55,449 bases of DNA from Prorocentrum cordatum (taxonomy: Eukaryota). Both the position numbers and the translations under genes were made by a program. Location: positions 62,001 to 117,449 of the forward strand of contig CAUYUJ010000157.1 of the NCBI GenBank assembly GCA_963575745.1, read 5' to 3'. Of this stretch, positions 37,656 through 48,925 are shown piece by piece. The notes below the pieces were generated by a model. That model ran no database searches. It was not told where the DNA came from and was given only the letters and a program-made list of their open reading frames with translations. Position 1 is the first letter of the stretch. Each line of letters begins with the position of its first letter.

Positions 37656-38010
37656 AAATCCACTCGGTGTTGTCCTCCATTGAGAAGGACTTCTTGAACT
37701 GTGTGTTGATGGACTCCCTGTCGATGTGCAGCCTAGCGACCATGTCTGGGTTCCACCTGATGATAGTGTCAGTGTAGCGGGATTCGCCCATCTCGAGCTT
37801 GGCAACCTTGACGCCCTGGGAGGTGACGATGCCACGGGCCCGCTGAGCACTGAAAGACAGATCAGGATGAGCTTCTGCCAACAGGGCCGCGAGCCTCCTT
37901 GACTGGATCTCCATTCGAACTTGCTGCGGTGACTTGTCGGGCGAGATGTACAGCGGGACGGTGCCTCCGCCGACGCTGTGGGCACAGAAGGCCCGCCATC
38001 CGTTCCTGCT
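37654..38010 (-). pseudogene. C-terminal remnant of LINE ORF1 (element C)
   Basis: ...GGTVPLYISPDKSPQQVRMEIQSRRLAALLAEAHPDL...DNTEWI* ends just upstream of the APE motif and resembles ORF1 segments of elements A and D. Confidence 0.75.
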
Positions 38011-38859
38011 AGGAGGAGGAGGAGGAGGAGGAGGAGGAGGAGGAGGAGGAGGAGGAGGAGGAGGAGGAGGAGGGGGGGGGGGGAGGGGGAGAGGGGGAGA
38101 GAGGAGGAGGAGGAGGAGGGGAGGGTCTGGGGCACCTCTCCCCGAGGAGTTCTAGCTTGCGGAGGCGGAGGCGAGAGCCCTGGCCTTGGGAGGGGAATCC
38201 TCCTCCTCCTCCTCCTCCTCCCTCCTCCTACCTCCTCCTCCTCCTCCTCCTCCCTCTCCTCCTCCTCCTCCTCTCCTCCTCCTCCTCCCTCCCCCCTCCC
38301 CCCCTCCTCCTCCTCCCCTCCCCTCCTCCTCCCCTCCTCCTCCTCCTCCTCCTCCTCCTCCTCCTCCTCCCTCCTCCTCCTCCTCCTCCTCCCCTTGCTC
38401 CTCCTTCTCCTCCTCCTCCTCCTCCTCCTCCTCGGGTCACGGGGCTGAATCCCACCCCTGCGGTTCCCAGACTCTTCGGCCTGCTGTTCCTTTTCGTTTT
38501 TTTTGGGGGTGGGTCGTTCGATCTTTTTTTGTGTGGGAGGAGCTCTGTCTGAATCGTTTCCGTTTCCGTTTCCTGTCTTCTCGTGCGTCGGTGGGGCACG
38601 GCCAGGAATGCGCCTGGGGCTTCGGGGGAGGGGGGCCTTGAGAGGGGGGGGGCGCCGTTTGGTCACGCTTTCGATTGTGCGACCCGTCGCACAATCAGAT
38701 TCGTGACCAGGGGGGAGAGTTTGCAACCTGGGGGGGGGGGGGGGGGGGGGGCGAAAAAAAACGTTACAAATCCAACATATGTTCTTGTTGTTTCCCCCCA
38801 CCCCCCTCCCCCTTCCTCATCCCCTCCCCTCTTTCCTCCGGTCCTTAAGCATCACAAAC

Positions 38860-40595
38860 GAACCCCTTTGGAAAGCAAAGTCAAAATACTCTATGCCCTC
38901 GCAACAGGAATCCGCTGGGAATCATGACCAAGGGATTCGTTTGTAAAGCCTCATCATCGGAGCCTTTTGGAAAGCACTGCTGAGGGCTTCTACTGGAAAG
39001 CATCACAAGAGGAATCTTTGGAGAAGCGCCACGAAGAGATTCGATTGAGAGCCTCACATTAGGAATCCTTTGGAAAGCGCCACATCGGGATTCGATGGGA
39101 AAGCCTCGCACTCGGAACTCAATGCGAAATGCTACACAGGGACTCCAGTGATGGCCTCACAACAAGGATTCTTGAGAAAGCGCTACAAACACATTCTGTT
39201 AGATACACTCATAAAGTGGAATCATTTGGAATGCGCTTCAGAATGACTCTGTAGAGAAAATTTGCAACTGGAATCCTGTGGAAAGGAATCGAAAAGACTG
39301 TTTCGGAAGGATTCACAACAGAGGTCCATTGGACACCACAAAACAAGATTGCGCTGGAGCGTCCGCAACAGGAGTCCTTCGGAAATCACCCCACATGGTT
39401 TCTATGGCTTCGCAACAGTAATCCGCTCGGAACCATTACAAGCAAATATTGTATTGGAAAGCGTCGCAAAATAAACCGTTTAGATAGCACTGTTGCGGGC
39501 TTCTATTGGGGAGCATCACACGAGGAAATCTTTATACAGCGCAAAATATTATATTGGAAAGGCTCGGGCTTTAAACACTGTGCGAAGTGCTACACAGGAA
39601 CTTGAGAACAGAGATCATGTGAACAGCGATGTCTAACAACACGCATTCTGAAGTTAGAAACAATGATAATTCGAATCCGTTTGCAAGCGCACTAGACCCA
39701 TTCTGCGTGAACAAACAACTGGAACCCTTTGGCAAGGAACCTAACATGTTTACCAGACGGCCTCGCACTACATATCTTTTGAGCATCGCAAGGCACTGGA
39801 TTATTTCAGAGCGCATCGCAACAGGAATCCGTTGGAAAATACCATACAAGGATTTCTCTGGGAAGCCTCACAAAAAGAAGCCTTTGGAGAGCAGCACGGA
39901 GGGCTCCCACGGGAAAACATCACAAGAGGATTCCTCGGGAAAGCGCTACGACGGGCTCCTTTTGGGAAGTACCACGAAGGGGATCCTTTGGAAAGCACCA
40001 CACAGGGATACGATTGAATTGGAGAGCGCCACTAAGGGGTTCCTACTGGGAAACCGCACACCAAAAAAAGGAACCCATCAGAAAACACCACAGAAGGATA
40101 ATATAGGAAAACCTCACATCAAAACACCGTTTTCAAAGCACCACTGAGGGCTGCTAGTGGGAAGCTGCACAAAAAACGAAACCACCGGAAAGTGCCACAA
40201 AGGGATCGGATCCTTTGGATAGCGCCGCAAAATGATTCGATCGGAAAGCCTCACGACAGGACTCCTCCGGAAAACACCACACAGAGATTCCACAGGAAAG
40301 CCTCGCAACACCGATTTTGTGGAAAGCGCCACAAAGGGATTCTACGGAAAATCCTCACAGTGGAGATCCTTTTGAACGCGCCGCAAAAAACTTCGATTGG
40401 AAAGCATCACAACAGGAATCCGTGGAAAGCACTTGAAGGAGATTCTACTGGGAAGCATCAAAACAGGAATCCGCTGGAAAGCACCACAAAGAAAGTCTAG
40501 TGCAAAGCCTCACATTCGGAATCCATTTGAAAGCACCACGCAGAGATTTTGCTGGAAAGCCTCACGACAGGAATCCTTTGGAAAGCACCGCAACG
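38860..40595. repeat. Degenerate A-rich satellite of ~25-bp subunits
   Basis: Dozens of GGAAAGC(C/A)(T/C)CAC...GGA(A/T)TC subunits, alternating as ~50-bp dimers. Confidence 0.8.
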
Positions 40596-41199
40596 GCATT
40601 GTATAGGAGATTATGGGGAGGGGGGGAGAGGGGGGCATCGATGGAGGGGCGGAGAGGATGCAGGCTGGCAGACCGAAGTCTGTATGGACACACGAGAACG
40701 AGAGCGAAACCATCCACAACCGCCGACGCACTAAAATGTCAAAAACGCAGGGGGGGGATTCGGCCCCGAAACCCTGCGAAGGGGGGCTCCTCCAGGAGGA
40801 GGAGGAGGAGGAGGAGGAGGGGGAGGAGGAGGAGAGGATCGGATCGACTCGGCTGAAGCGAACGTCGAGAACCTCGGCGTTGTCTGGGGGCCCCGCTGTA
40901 GGGGCCACACGGTTGGAGCATGATGCTCAACAAAACAATTTGGCAGTAGTTGTATGCAGCCTTGCCCGGCGGCTGGAAAATCACCTAGGCCCCAACCAAC
41001 AAACCAAGCGGGGGACTCACCAAGTATGAGCCCCCGTGATGACAACTTCATTGTTCAAACGAGACCCTCCCACACCATTTCCCCTCAATCCCCCCCCCCC
41101 CGTCATCCTGTGGGAGGAGGAGGACGAGGAAGAGGAGGAGGAGGACGAGGAAGAGGAGGAGGAGGAAGAGGAGGAGGAGGAGGAGGAGGGAAAAGGGGA

Positions 41200-44100
41200 T
41201 CCTTCCCCTCCTTCACCTCTATCCCCTCATCCCGATGCCACCGTTTTCACCCCAGGGCGTGCCACTCCCCCAAAAGAGACGCCGAAGTGCCCGGGAAGGC
41301 CCCGAGGTACTTGGCGCGCCCCGCGATCGAGAACTCGCGCCAGGAAGAGGCAACCACGGAAAGCAGGAACGGGTTTGGGCGACGTTGGTAGGGTTGACGG
41401 CATCCTAGAGCAAGGCGACCACGCACTTGCGGGGTTTAAGAGCACGGCGAGCTCCTCAGCGGCCGCGAAGGGCTCCGCAACGCGGCCCCGCAACTCGAAC
41501 TTGCTGCGCAGAAGCCCCAGGTCGTCAGCGCACGCGCACGCGTTGCCGAGGGGCGGGTCGGGAGTGCCATCGGCGTTCTCGACGAAGGAGGCGATGTGGC
41601 GCGCCAGAAGACCCGCTGCAATCGAGGACGGGGCGAAGCACGCGGCGCGGAAGAGGTTGAACAGGCCATCAGGGATGCCGAAGTGTTTGGGCGACACGAA
41701 CAGCCGGGCCCCGCCCAGCGACAGGGGCGCGGCGGCGAAGCCGGAACTGATGAAGACCAGGAAGTGGTTGACGCGGTCGAACAGGGGGCCAGCGCGGCGC
41801 ATCTCAGCGTCGAGGCGAACGACGCGCTCGACGAAGTTGCGGCTCACTACGAAGCCCCGCTGCACTACATGAGCCCGTGCTGTTTTTCAGGGGCTGGTTG
41901 GCACCGCCCGCAATGGCGTTGATGTCCGCGTACTTTAGCGAGAGAGGGCGCGCGCGACCTCGGGGGGCCCGTCCGCGGTGAGCCCCCCCGCGAAGATGTC
42001 GCCCTTCGGCGGGGAGGCGAAGCCGGACTCGCTCAGGCCCCGCGGGATCGACAGGCCCGAGCAGAAACAAATAATGTCCTCCAGGATGTCGAGGAAGTGG
42101 CCGCGGGCGACCCGCGCGCTGCGCAGCGGGCGGCTGGGGCCAGGCGCCGACGGATTGGCGCCGGGGAGGAAAGCTTTGATCTGGAGCTTGCCAGGGGCGC
42201 CGACGTCAAATGGGGTCGCCGCGAGGCGCGCGCTGCCCGACGCGCTGCCGCGCCTCGGCGTCGTCGACCACCTTCGCGGCGAAGACGGGTTTCCAGCGCG
42301 CGCGCGGGGCGTTGGCCGCGGCGCGCCCCTCCCCGGCAATCTCCGCGGGGCGGCCCCGGCGGCCCCAGGGCTTGATTCCCTGGGGGGCAAGACGGCGCCT
42401 CCAAGGGGCGGGGCGCGAATGTCTGGGGAGCTCGAATGAATATGCGGAGCTCCCCGAGGGAATGGCGCCGCCCTGCCTCCCGGGGCTTCGCGCGGCGCTC
42501 CGAGCCGGAGGGCGCCAGCGAGCCTCGAAGTCGTGGCGCAGGGAGACCGAGGGGCTGGCGAACAGGGCGGGGCTGTCGATGGCAATGACGCCGTCGGTGG
42601 CGAGCACGAACTGCTCGCCGAGTTCGGCGGCGGACCGGGGGCGCCCGGCGAGGTGGTGTCCCAGCGTCGGACAGCTCTGGAGATCGAGCGCGCGGCGAGG
42701 GCGCGTCGAGGCGGCCAGGGCGGGCGGCGTCGCCCGAAGACAGGCGAGCCCAAGTCGTCGCGAACCATGCGAGCGGCGTCTGCCGCGAGGAACTTGCGGG
42801 GCCGCCAGCGGTTCTCGATGGGGGCGCGGGCGGCGTTGGAGGCGCCAACGAGCAGCTGCAAGTGGCCGACGTAGCGCGGGCCGCGGAAGATCGCGGGCGG
42901 CATGGCCTCCTCGGCGGGCGGCGCGCGCGGCGTGATGCCAGGGGTGAGAGCGACGACGGCGCGGTCGCTGATGCGCTTGTCCGACAGGGCGGCGTCGACC
43001 GGCGAGGTGAGCTCCTGCGCGGCATGATGGGGGCCCAATGAAGGCGCTGTCGATCGCGGGCGCCGCGCGGTCAGACTCGTTGACCCCGGTCGCGGCACAT
43101 CGGCGCCCGCGCGCTCCAGCTGACGAGGGCGGCAAGCGACGAGCCTCCAGGCGCCTGCCATGGCGCCCGCGGGCGGTCGGGGGCCCCGCGCGGCGGCCCC
43201 GGCGTCCGAGGAGAGGGCCTGGAAGGAGGAGAGGACGGCCGCGCGGTCGATGTCGTGGAACTGCTGGAGCTCGAGGGCTTTCTCATTCCACGGGGGCGGC
43301 GGGGCCCGCCTGGCCGCGGGCGCCGGCGGGCGGCGGGCGTGGCCTTGCTGTGGATCTCGACCTTGCTGCGGGTGGCCCTCAACTGCAGGTTGGGGCGTTG
43401 GTGTTGGAGCAACGACTTGGGCTTCTTGCGCTGGATCTAAGTGCGGATTTGCTTCGGGGACTTGTCGCCGTCGAGGTGGATGTCAGCGCGCTGCCCAGCG
43501 GCGCCGGCGGTGACGAATCGCCCTCGTTTCCCCGCGGCATTTCGAAGGCCCCGCTGCAGAGCGAGGGCGCGGGGCGCAGCGACGTCGCGGGCGCCTTCGA
43601 CTTGAGGGGCGAAGCGGCGGGCAGGCTCGCGGCCGCGAAGTTCGATGCGATCAGACTGAAGGCCGGCACCTCCGACCCACTCCTGCGGGCCATTTGGAAA
43701 GATGTCGGGCGAGACGAGGCGCCGGCAGCCAACAGTGAAAATCGCGGGGTCGGGGGCGCGGCCCCATTTGGCGAGGCGAGCGGGGTCCACGACATGGGAA
43801 TCTGAGACCCGGCGAGGGCGAGGGTGTCGCGCATCTGGTCGATCTGCTGTCGCGTGCGCTTCTGCTCGGCGGACATTCGGTCCTGCTCGCGGCGGGCGCG
43901 GGCGACGGCGTCGCGAAGGTTGCCCGCGCGGCGCTCGGTCTGGAGGACTTGCTGCTGGAGGAGGGCGCGGAAACCCTCGCGGGACTGCTCGTGGGAACGG
44001 CCAGACTGGGCGCGGAATGCGTCGGCGGCGATGGTGATCTGCTCCTGCGCGAGGCTCTGGTAGGCGGTGTCCAGCTCTGCAGGGGGGCCAGCTGGACGAG

Positions 44101-44953
44101 CTGCCGGGTCGGGGCCCGGCGCGGGATGCACTTCGCCAGGGAGAGCACGCGCGGCAGGATGGGCGGCCCCTCGGCAATGTTCCTGCGATGGGGAGGCGGG
44201 GGACTTCTCCAGATCAGCCGCCAGCTTCCATGGATCTCGTCCTTGGAGAGCGCCGCGGCGGGGCCGTCGCCCGACGGGCCGGCGGGGGCGGGGCGAGCTG
44301 CAGAGCGTGCCGCGCGGGAGGTTCGCGGCGCAACGCGGCCCGATGAACGGCCAGCAGGGACGACGTCGTCGCGCTGCTGAGCAGCGAGGGGCCCACGGGC
44401 AACTTCGGCGCGGGGGCGGTCTTCGCAGCGATGGGCACGGTCGCGGTGTCCAGCGCGATCGCGATGTCCAGTTTTCGGACGGCGGCGGCGGCGTGAGGCT
44501 TGCGATGGCGGGAGGCGGCGGGATGCGGGGCGCTCGTTGCCGCTGGAGCTGCTGCTGCTGGCCACTGTTGCGATCTGGCCTCGATGGGCGAGCTGCGGCC
44601 GACGTCCGCGATGGGCTGCTGACTGCCGGCGGCCAGGGGCGCAGCGCCGCAAAAAAATGGCGGGGGCGGCGCGTTGGCGAGCGCGGCGGGGATATGGATG
44701 CTCGGAGCGGGGCACAGCGGAGCGATCTGGATGCTTGGAGCGGGGCTCGACGAGACGACGCGGGCGCCCGGGGCGGCGCTCGGCGAGACACAGATATGGA
44801 AGGCGGCCTGCGCCGCCAGAGAAGTAAGCAGGAATGGGCGGCAGTACGTCTCTGGGCGCAGCTGCAAGAATGCGAGGACTGACCGCGGATTAGCGATATT
44901 CATGTCCATAAGGGGGGCCCAAGAAAGAAATCTTGAGCCAAAATGGGCGCGGA
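41200..44953 (-). mobile_element. Heavily decayed, very GC-rich LINE (element D), related to element C, SL-capped; low-coordinate boundary approximate
   Basis: ORF1 remnant DIHLDGDKSPKQIRT*IQRKK; APE end (IDSAFIG, ISDRAVV); RT remnants SAPGP, LSLKYADINAIA, QRGFVVSRNF, ACACADDLG (41532-41521), PGHFGVSFG. Confidence 0.85.
44932..44953 (-). other. DinoSL relic at the 5' end of element D
   Basis: Minus strand TCCGCGCCCATTTTGGCTCAAG: exact 15-nt core CCATTTTGGCTCAAG (44946-44932), 19/22 overall; preceded by a CT-rich tract. Confidence 0.88.
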
Positions 44954-45899
44954 AGGAAGAGGAGAAAGAGGAGGAGACGAGCGTGGGGGGGGCGCGTGTC
45001 CTCCCACCTACTGCGGCGGGGCGCCAGGCGCGTTCTTCGCGCCCAGCGACTGGTCGAGGGGCCCGACAGGCGCAGCAGATGCTATATCGCGCGAGGGGCT
45101 GGCGGCGGCGACGGTGGAGGGGGGCGGGCGGGGGGCAGCAGCGGCGGCATCCGCAGCAGCCATCGGGGGCGACGGACAAGAGGGAGAGAGGTGGAAAAGA
45201 GTACGCGGGGGCAACAAACAGGCGACGCGGTCGGGTCGGGGCAGATCACGTGGAGAGCTAGATACAGGACGAGTGGAGAAAAATCGTCTCGACGGCATCG
45301 CGCGAGCGGGAATAGACGCAATAGGTGGACGTATGGGAGTCAACAGAGAGAGCGGACAGCGATGGGGGAGTGGCTATGGAAGGGGAAAGAAAAGCAGACG
45401 ACAGCTCATGAATCTGACGCACGCAAGGCTCAGACTGGGGCAATCTGAGGGCGCCCCCAACTCCTGATCCGCTCGAACACGAAGTCGGCAGAGAGCACGC
45501 AATTGCTGGTGACGCGGCAACCGCAGAAAACGACCCTGCAGAAGCAACATCACGAGGACAAGATCGGAGGATGGTCTGGCACTGGTTCATGAATTCAATC
45601 GCAATTTCATCGATGGCAGAACGCGGCCGATAACCACAAGAGACATCAGATGCGGGACGCATGGTCAGCCCACATCTCGCTAGACACCATTCTGCTTCAC
45701 CTCTGACAGGGCTCCCAGCAGGTACAGGCCTCGGCGGACCGTCGGGGGCGCAGCACACACTGCGTCCGAGGAGCTGGAGTCTGACGTCGTGCTGGAGTCG
45801 GATGTTGACGAGAGACAGTTGATGCGAGTGGAGCCCATAATCAACCGCGGCGGCTGGATCCCCTCCTGCAACGTCCGCGCTGGTCGCGAAAGACGAAGA

Positions 45900-47393
45900 T
45901 ACCGCGCAGCAGCAGCCGCGCTATGGGGGCAATGGTGCCGCCGCGCTCCCTGGACATGTTAAAAATATGGCAAACAACATACATCTCCTCAGATCTCTCG
46001 GGCTCGCGAGGCCCAGGCGTGCTGGAAGCAAGACAGGCAGGTCTCGACGAAGAGCTCGACCCGTGGCGAGACGTAGCCGCGGGCACACCATGTAGTGCGA
46101 GAGCTGATCAAATCGGCTGCATCCGAAGCGACAACGGAGTTGGCCATCGGGATGTATAATGCGGGCAGACGTCAACCAGCCGTTGTTCCATGTCCCGATC
46201 GCGGCCGTGGCCCAGCTCTGCGGAAGGAGGCGCATAAGCTCGCGAATCTTCTCCCAATGGACACGATGCAAGAAAAGCTCGTGGTCGCACAGAATCCTGC
46301 CCAAGTACCTCTCGATGGCACGGCTCAGCGCGCGCTCAGCAGCGAGAAGGCCCGAAAGAGTGGCGGCAACAGCACGTTGAGGCCGAGGGCGACGGTCAGT
46401 GCAGGACAGCTCGTCAAAAAGAGAGGCCCGAGCGGCCACCATCCAGTCGTCGGAGGATTGATAGAGCACGCCATCGAGGCTCTCAACGAAAGCGGGCGCC
46501 TTCCAGAACCTGGGGTACAGGCGCGTCCGAACGGTGGCGGAGAACGGAATATCATCAAAATGTCCGTCGGCAACTTCCTGCCGCCAGCCGATCGCTTTGG
46601 CCCTCATCAGGTCGAGGTAGGTCGGGAAGTCGCGGAAGGTGATGGCAGCAGCCCGAAGCAGTGCAGCGGAGGCATGAGCCGCCCATGCAGGCAGCCGCGG
46701 CCCGCCCCATCACTAGAGTTCAGGGACAGCTTCATTGCTGAGCATGCCGAGCGGGCACCGCAAGACCTGCGAGACCACGCCTCTCTCGAACGTGAGGAAA
46801 TTGGGCGGCATCAGGACAAACTGGGCAACATAAGTAAAAACAGAGTGAACGCGAGCACGGTACAGAGCGGAGTTGACACTATTCGCCGCACCGGTGCGGC
46901 TGAGCATGCGGTTTCTTGTGCGGACTTTGGCGACGGGGTCACACCAGCACCGACCTACACTGGCGCTTGGTCCGAGCCAGACGCCAAGATAGAGCATACA
47001 TCCTTCAATACCGAGCTCAGCCCATTCAGGAGCATAACGGCCCAGGAGATCACGAACCTCGCCTCGGAGAGCATCAGAGATCGAGCCCACGAGGGGAACC
47101 ACAGTGCACTTACTCATCTTAATAGGAACGCCCATAATCAACTTCATAGTCTGCAGAACCTCAAAGATGATCTGAAAAAAAGCAAACTCGAACAAGGCCA
47201 CCCCCAAATCGTCAGCGCACGCACGTCCCACCCCTTTTCCCGACAACCTCCAAGCTCTCTTCCAGGTCCTGGAGCATCGGGGCTGAGGCCAGAACATCCA
47301 AAGGGGCCCGAGAGCCCACATCCGTGAATAATCCCAGATATCAGCCAGAAAACTTCCACAAAAGCGCCCCCATGAGCAATAACCCATTGGGCA
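45900..47393 (-). mobile_element. 5'-truncated LINE (element E): RT C-terminal half and zinc knuckle, with frameshifts and stops; 3' UTR may extend below 45900
   Basis: ISGIIHGCGLSG, GRACADDLG (47219-47208), KCTVVPL, YLGVWLGP, TYVAQF, TWNNGWLTSAR, CRFGCSRFDQLSHYMVC; collinear with element C. Starts abruptly at a (CTC)n tract. Confidence 0.9.
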
Positions 47394-47753
47394 AGGAGGA
47401 GGAGGACTAACAACAGGAGACAGAGTGGGAGGAGGGACGAAGAGAAGGGGGAGGAGGATTTTATATCAGGTGGAGAGGGAAGATAGACGAGGATGATGAT
47501 AATGATGATGATGAGGAGGAGGAGGAGGAGGAGAGAAGGAGGAGGAGGAGGAGGAGGAGGAGGAGGAGGAGGAGAAGCGAAGGAGGAGAAACATGGCAAT
47601 GCAAGAGAGGACGGCGGCTGGAGACAGGGCAGAAAGGGGGAGGCATAAACCAGCAGCCGCCTGCGAGACAATGATGGCCGCCCCCTGGCCAGCGTGTCGG
47701 CACGAGCCAGCGAGCCCGCGGCGAGGGGGGGGGGGGGCAGCTGGGCGCGCGGC

Positions 47754-47805
47754 AGGACGCGAGCTTCGCGTTGTTGGGGATCGAGTTGTAGAGCAGCTTC
47801 GCGGC
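47754..47805 (-). CDS. CHC: Clathrin heavy chain exon (52 nt): AAKLLYNSIPNNAKLAS + T
   Basis: Matches AAKLLYNNVSNFGRLAS of clathrin. AG acceptor 47807-47806; GC donor 47753-47752; split codon T|GC gives Cys. This frame is not in the ORF track. Confidence 0.9.
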
Positions 47806-48099
47806 CTCTTGTGGGACGGGGGGAGGGCGGCGGCGGCAGCGGCGGCGGCGGCGGCTGCCGGTCTAGCGGGGCCGGGGTGCCGCGGGAAGGAGCGGCAGAG
47901 GCAGGAGCGAGGACTGGCAGGAGCAAGGACCAGCAGGAAAGAGGAGCAAGAGTGAGCAAGGGGCAGGGGCAGGACCAGAATTCGTTGCAGGAGCTTGGGA
48001 TGGCAGGCAGGAGCAGGGGCGGGGGCAGAGCAGCAGCGGGGATCAGGAGCAGCAGGAGCGGGTGGTGGTACTCGTCGAAGTCGTCGCAGTCTTCCACTC

Positions 48100-48101
48100 G
48101 C

Positions 48102-48142
<41 letters not shown>

Positions 48143-48206
48143 GTAGTAGTAGTAGTAGCAGTAGTAGTAGTCGTAGTAGTAGTAGTAGTAGTCGTCGTAG
48201 TAGTAA

Positions 48207-48244
<38 letters not shown>

Positions 48245-48759
48245 CAAGGCCGTAATCGTAGAGTAGTAGTCGTCGTCGTCGTCGTCGTCGTAGTAATAAA
48301 ATCGTAGTAGTCGTAGTCGTCGCCGTAGTAGCTAAGTAGTTCGTCGTAGTAGTAAATTGTAGTAGGCAGCAGCAGTAGTAGTAGTAAAGTAAGTAGTAGT
48401 ATGGGTAGTAGCAACGTGGTACCGCGTAAGGGTGAACAGTAGTAGTAGTAGCAAGTAGTAAGTAGTAGTAGTAGTACTGTAGTAGTAGTAGTAGTAAGTA
48501 GTAGTATAGTAGAAGTAGAGTAATTAGTAGTCGTCCGTAGTAGTAACCAGAAGTAGTAGTAGTATCAGTAGTAATAGTAGTAGTAGTAGTGTAGTACACA
48601 TAGTAATTATGATAAGTAGTAGTAGTAGCAGTAGTACTGGTAGTAGTAGTAGTAGTAGTGGTCGTCGTAGTAGTCGTAACAGTAGTAGAAGTAGTAGTAG
48701 CCGTAGTAGTAGTCGAAGTAGTAATAATAGTAGTAGTCGTCGTAGTAGTAGTAGTAGTC

Positions 48760-48802
<43 letters not shown>

Positions 48803-48853
48803 CAGTAGTAGTAGTAGTAGAAGTAGTAGTAGTAGTAGTAATAGTAGTAGTAG

Positions 48854-48924
<71 letters not shown>

Positions 48925-48925
48925 C
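48100..48925. repeat. (TAG)n microsatellite with GTC/CAG variants
   Basis: Directly visible. Confidence 0.97.

Larger units (their letters stand above)
33583..38010 (-). mobile_element. 5'-truncated LINE with intact ORF2 (element C), embedded in a (GAG)n/(CTC)n array
   Basis: Unique sequence is sharply bounded by the triplet array on both sides; it holds the ORF1 C-terminus, a full ORF2 and a ~40-nt 3' UTR. Confidence 0.93.

Noticed and set aside
37656..38801. N-terminal ~380 aa of the 1726-aa ORF
   Set aside because: Read-through of (GAG)n/(CTC)n repeats and the alternate frame of ORF1; recognisable ORF2 motifs start only near 37590.
46095..47327. 410-aa plus-strand ORF (and similar plus-strand ORFs at 33.2-37.7 kb)
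   Set aside because: Antisense shadows of minus-strand RT coding sequence; no recognisable motifs.
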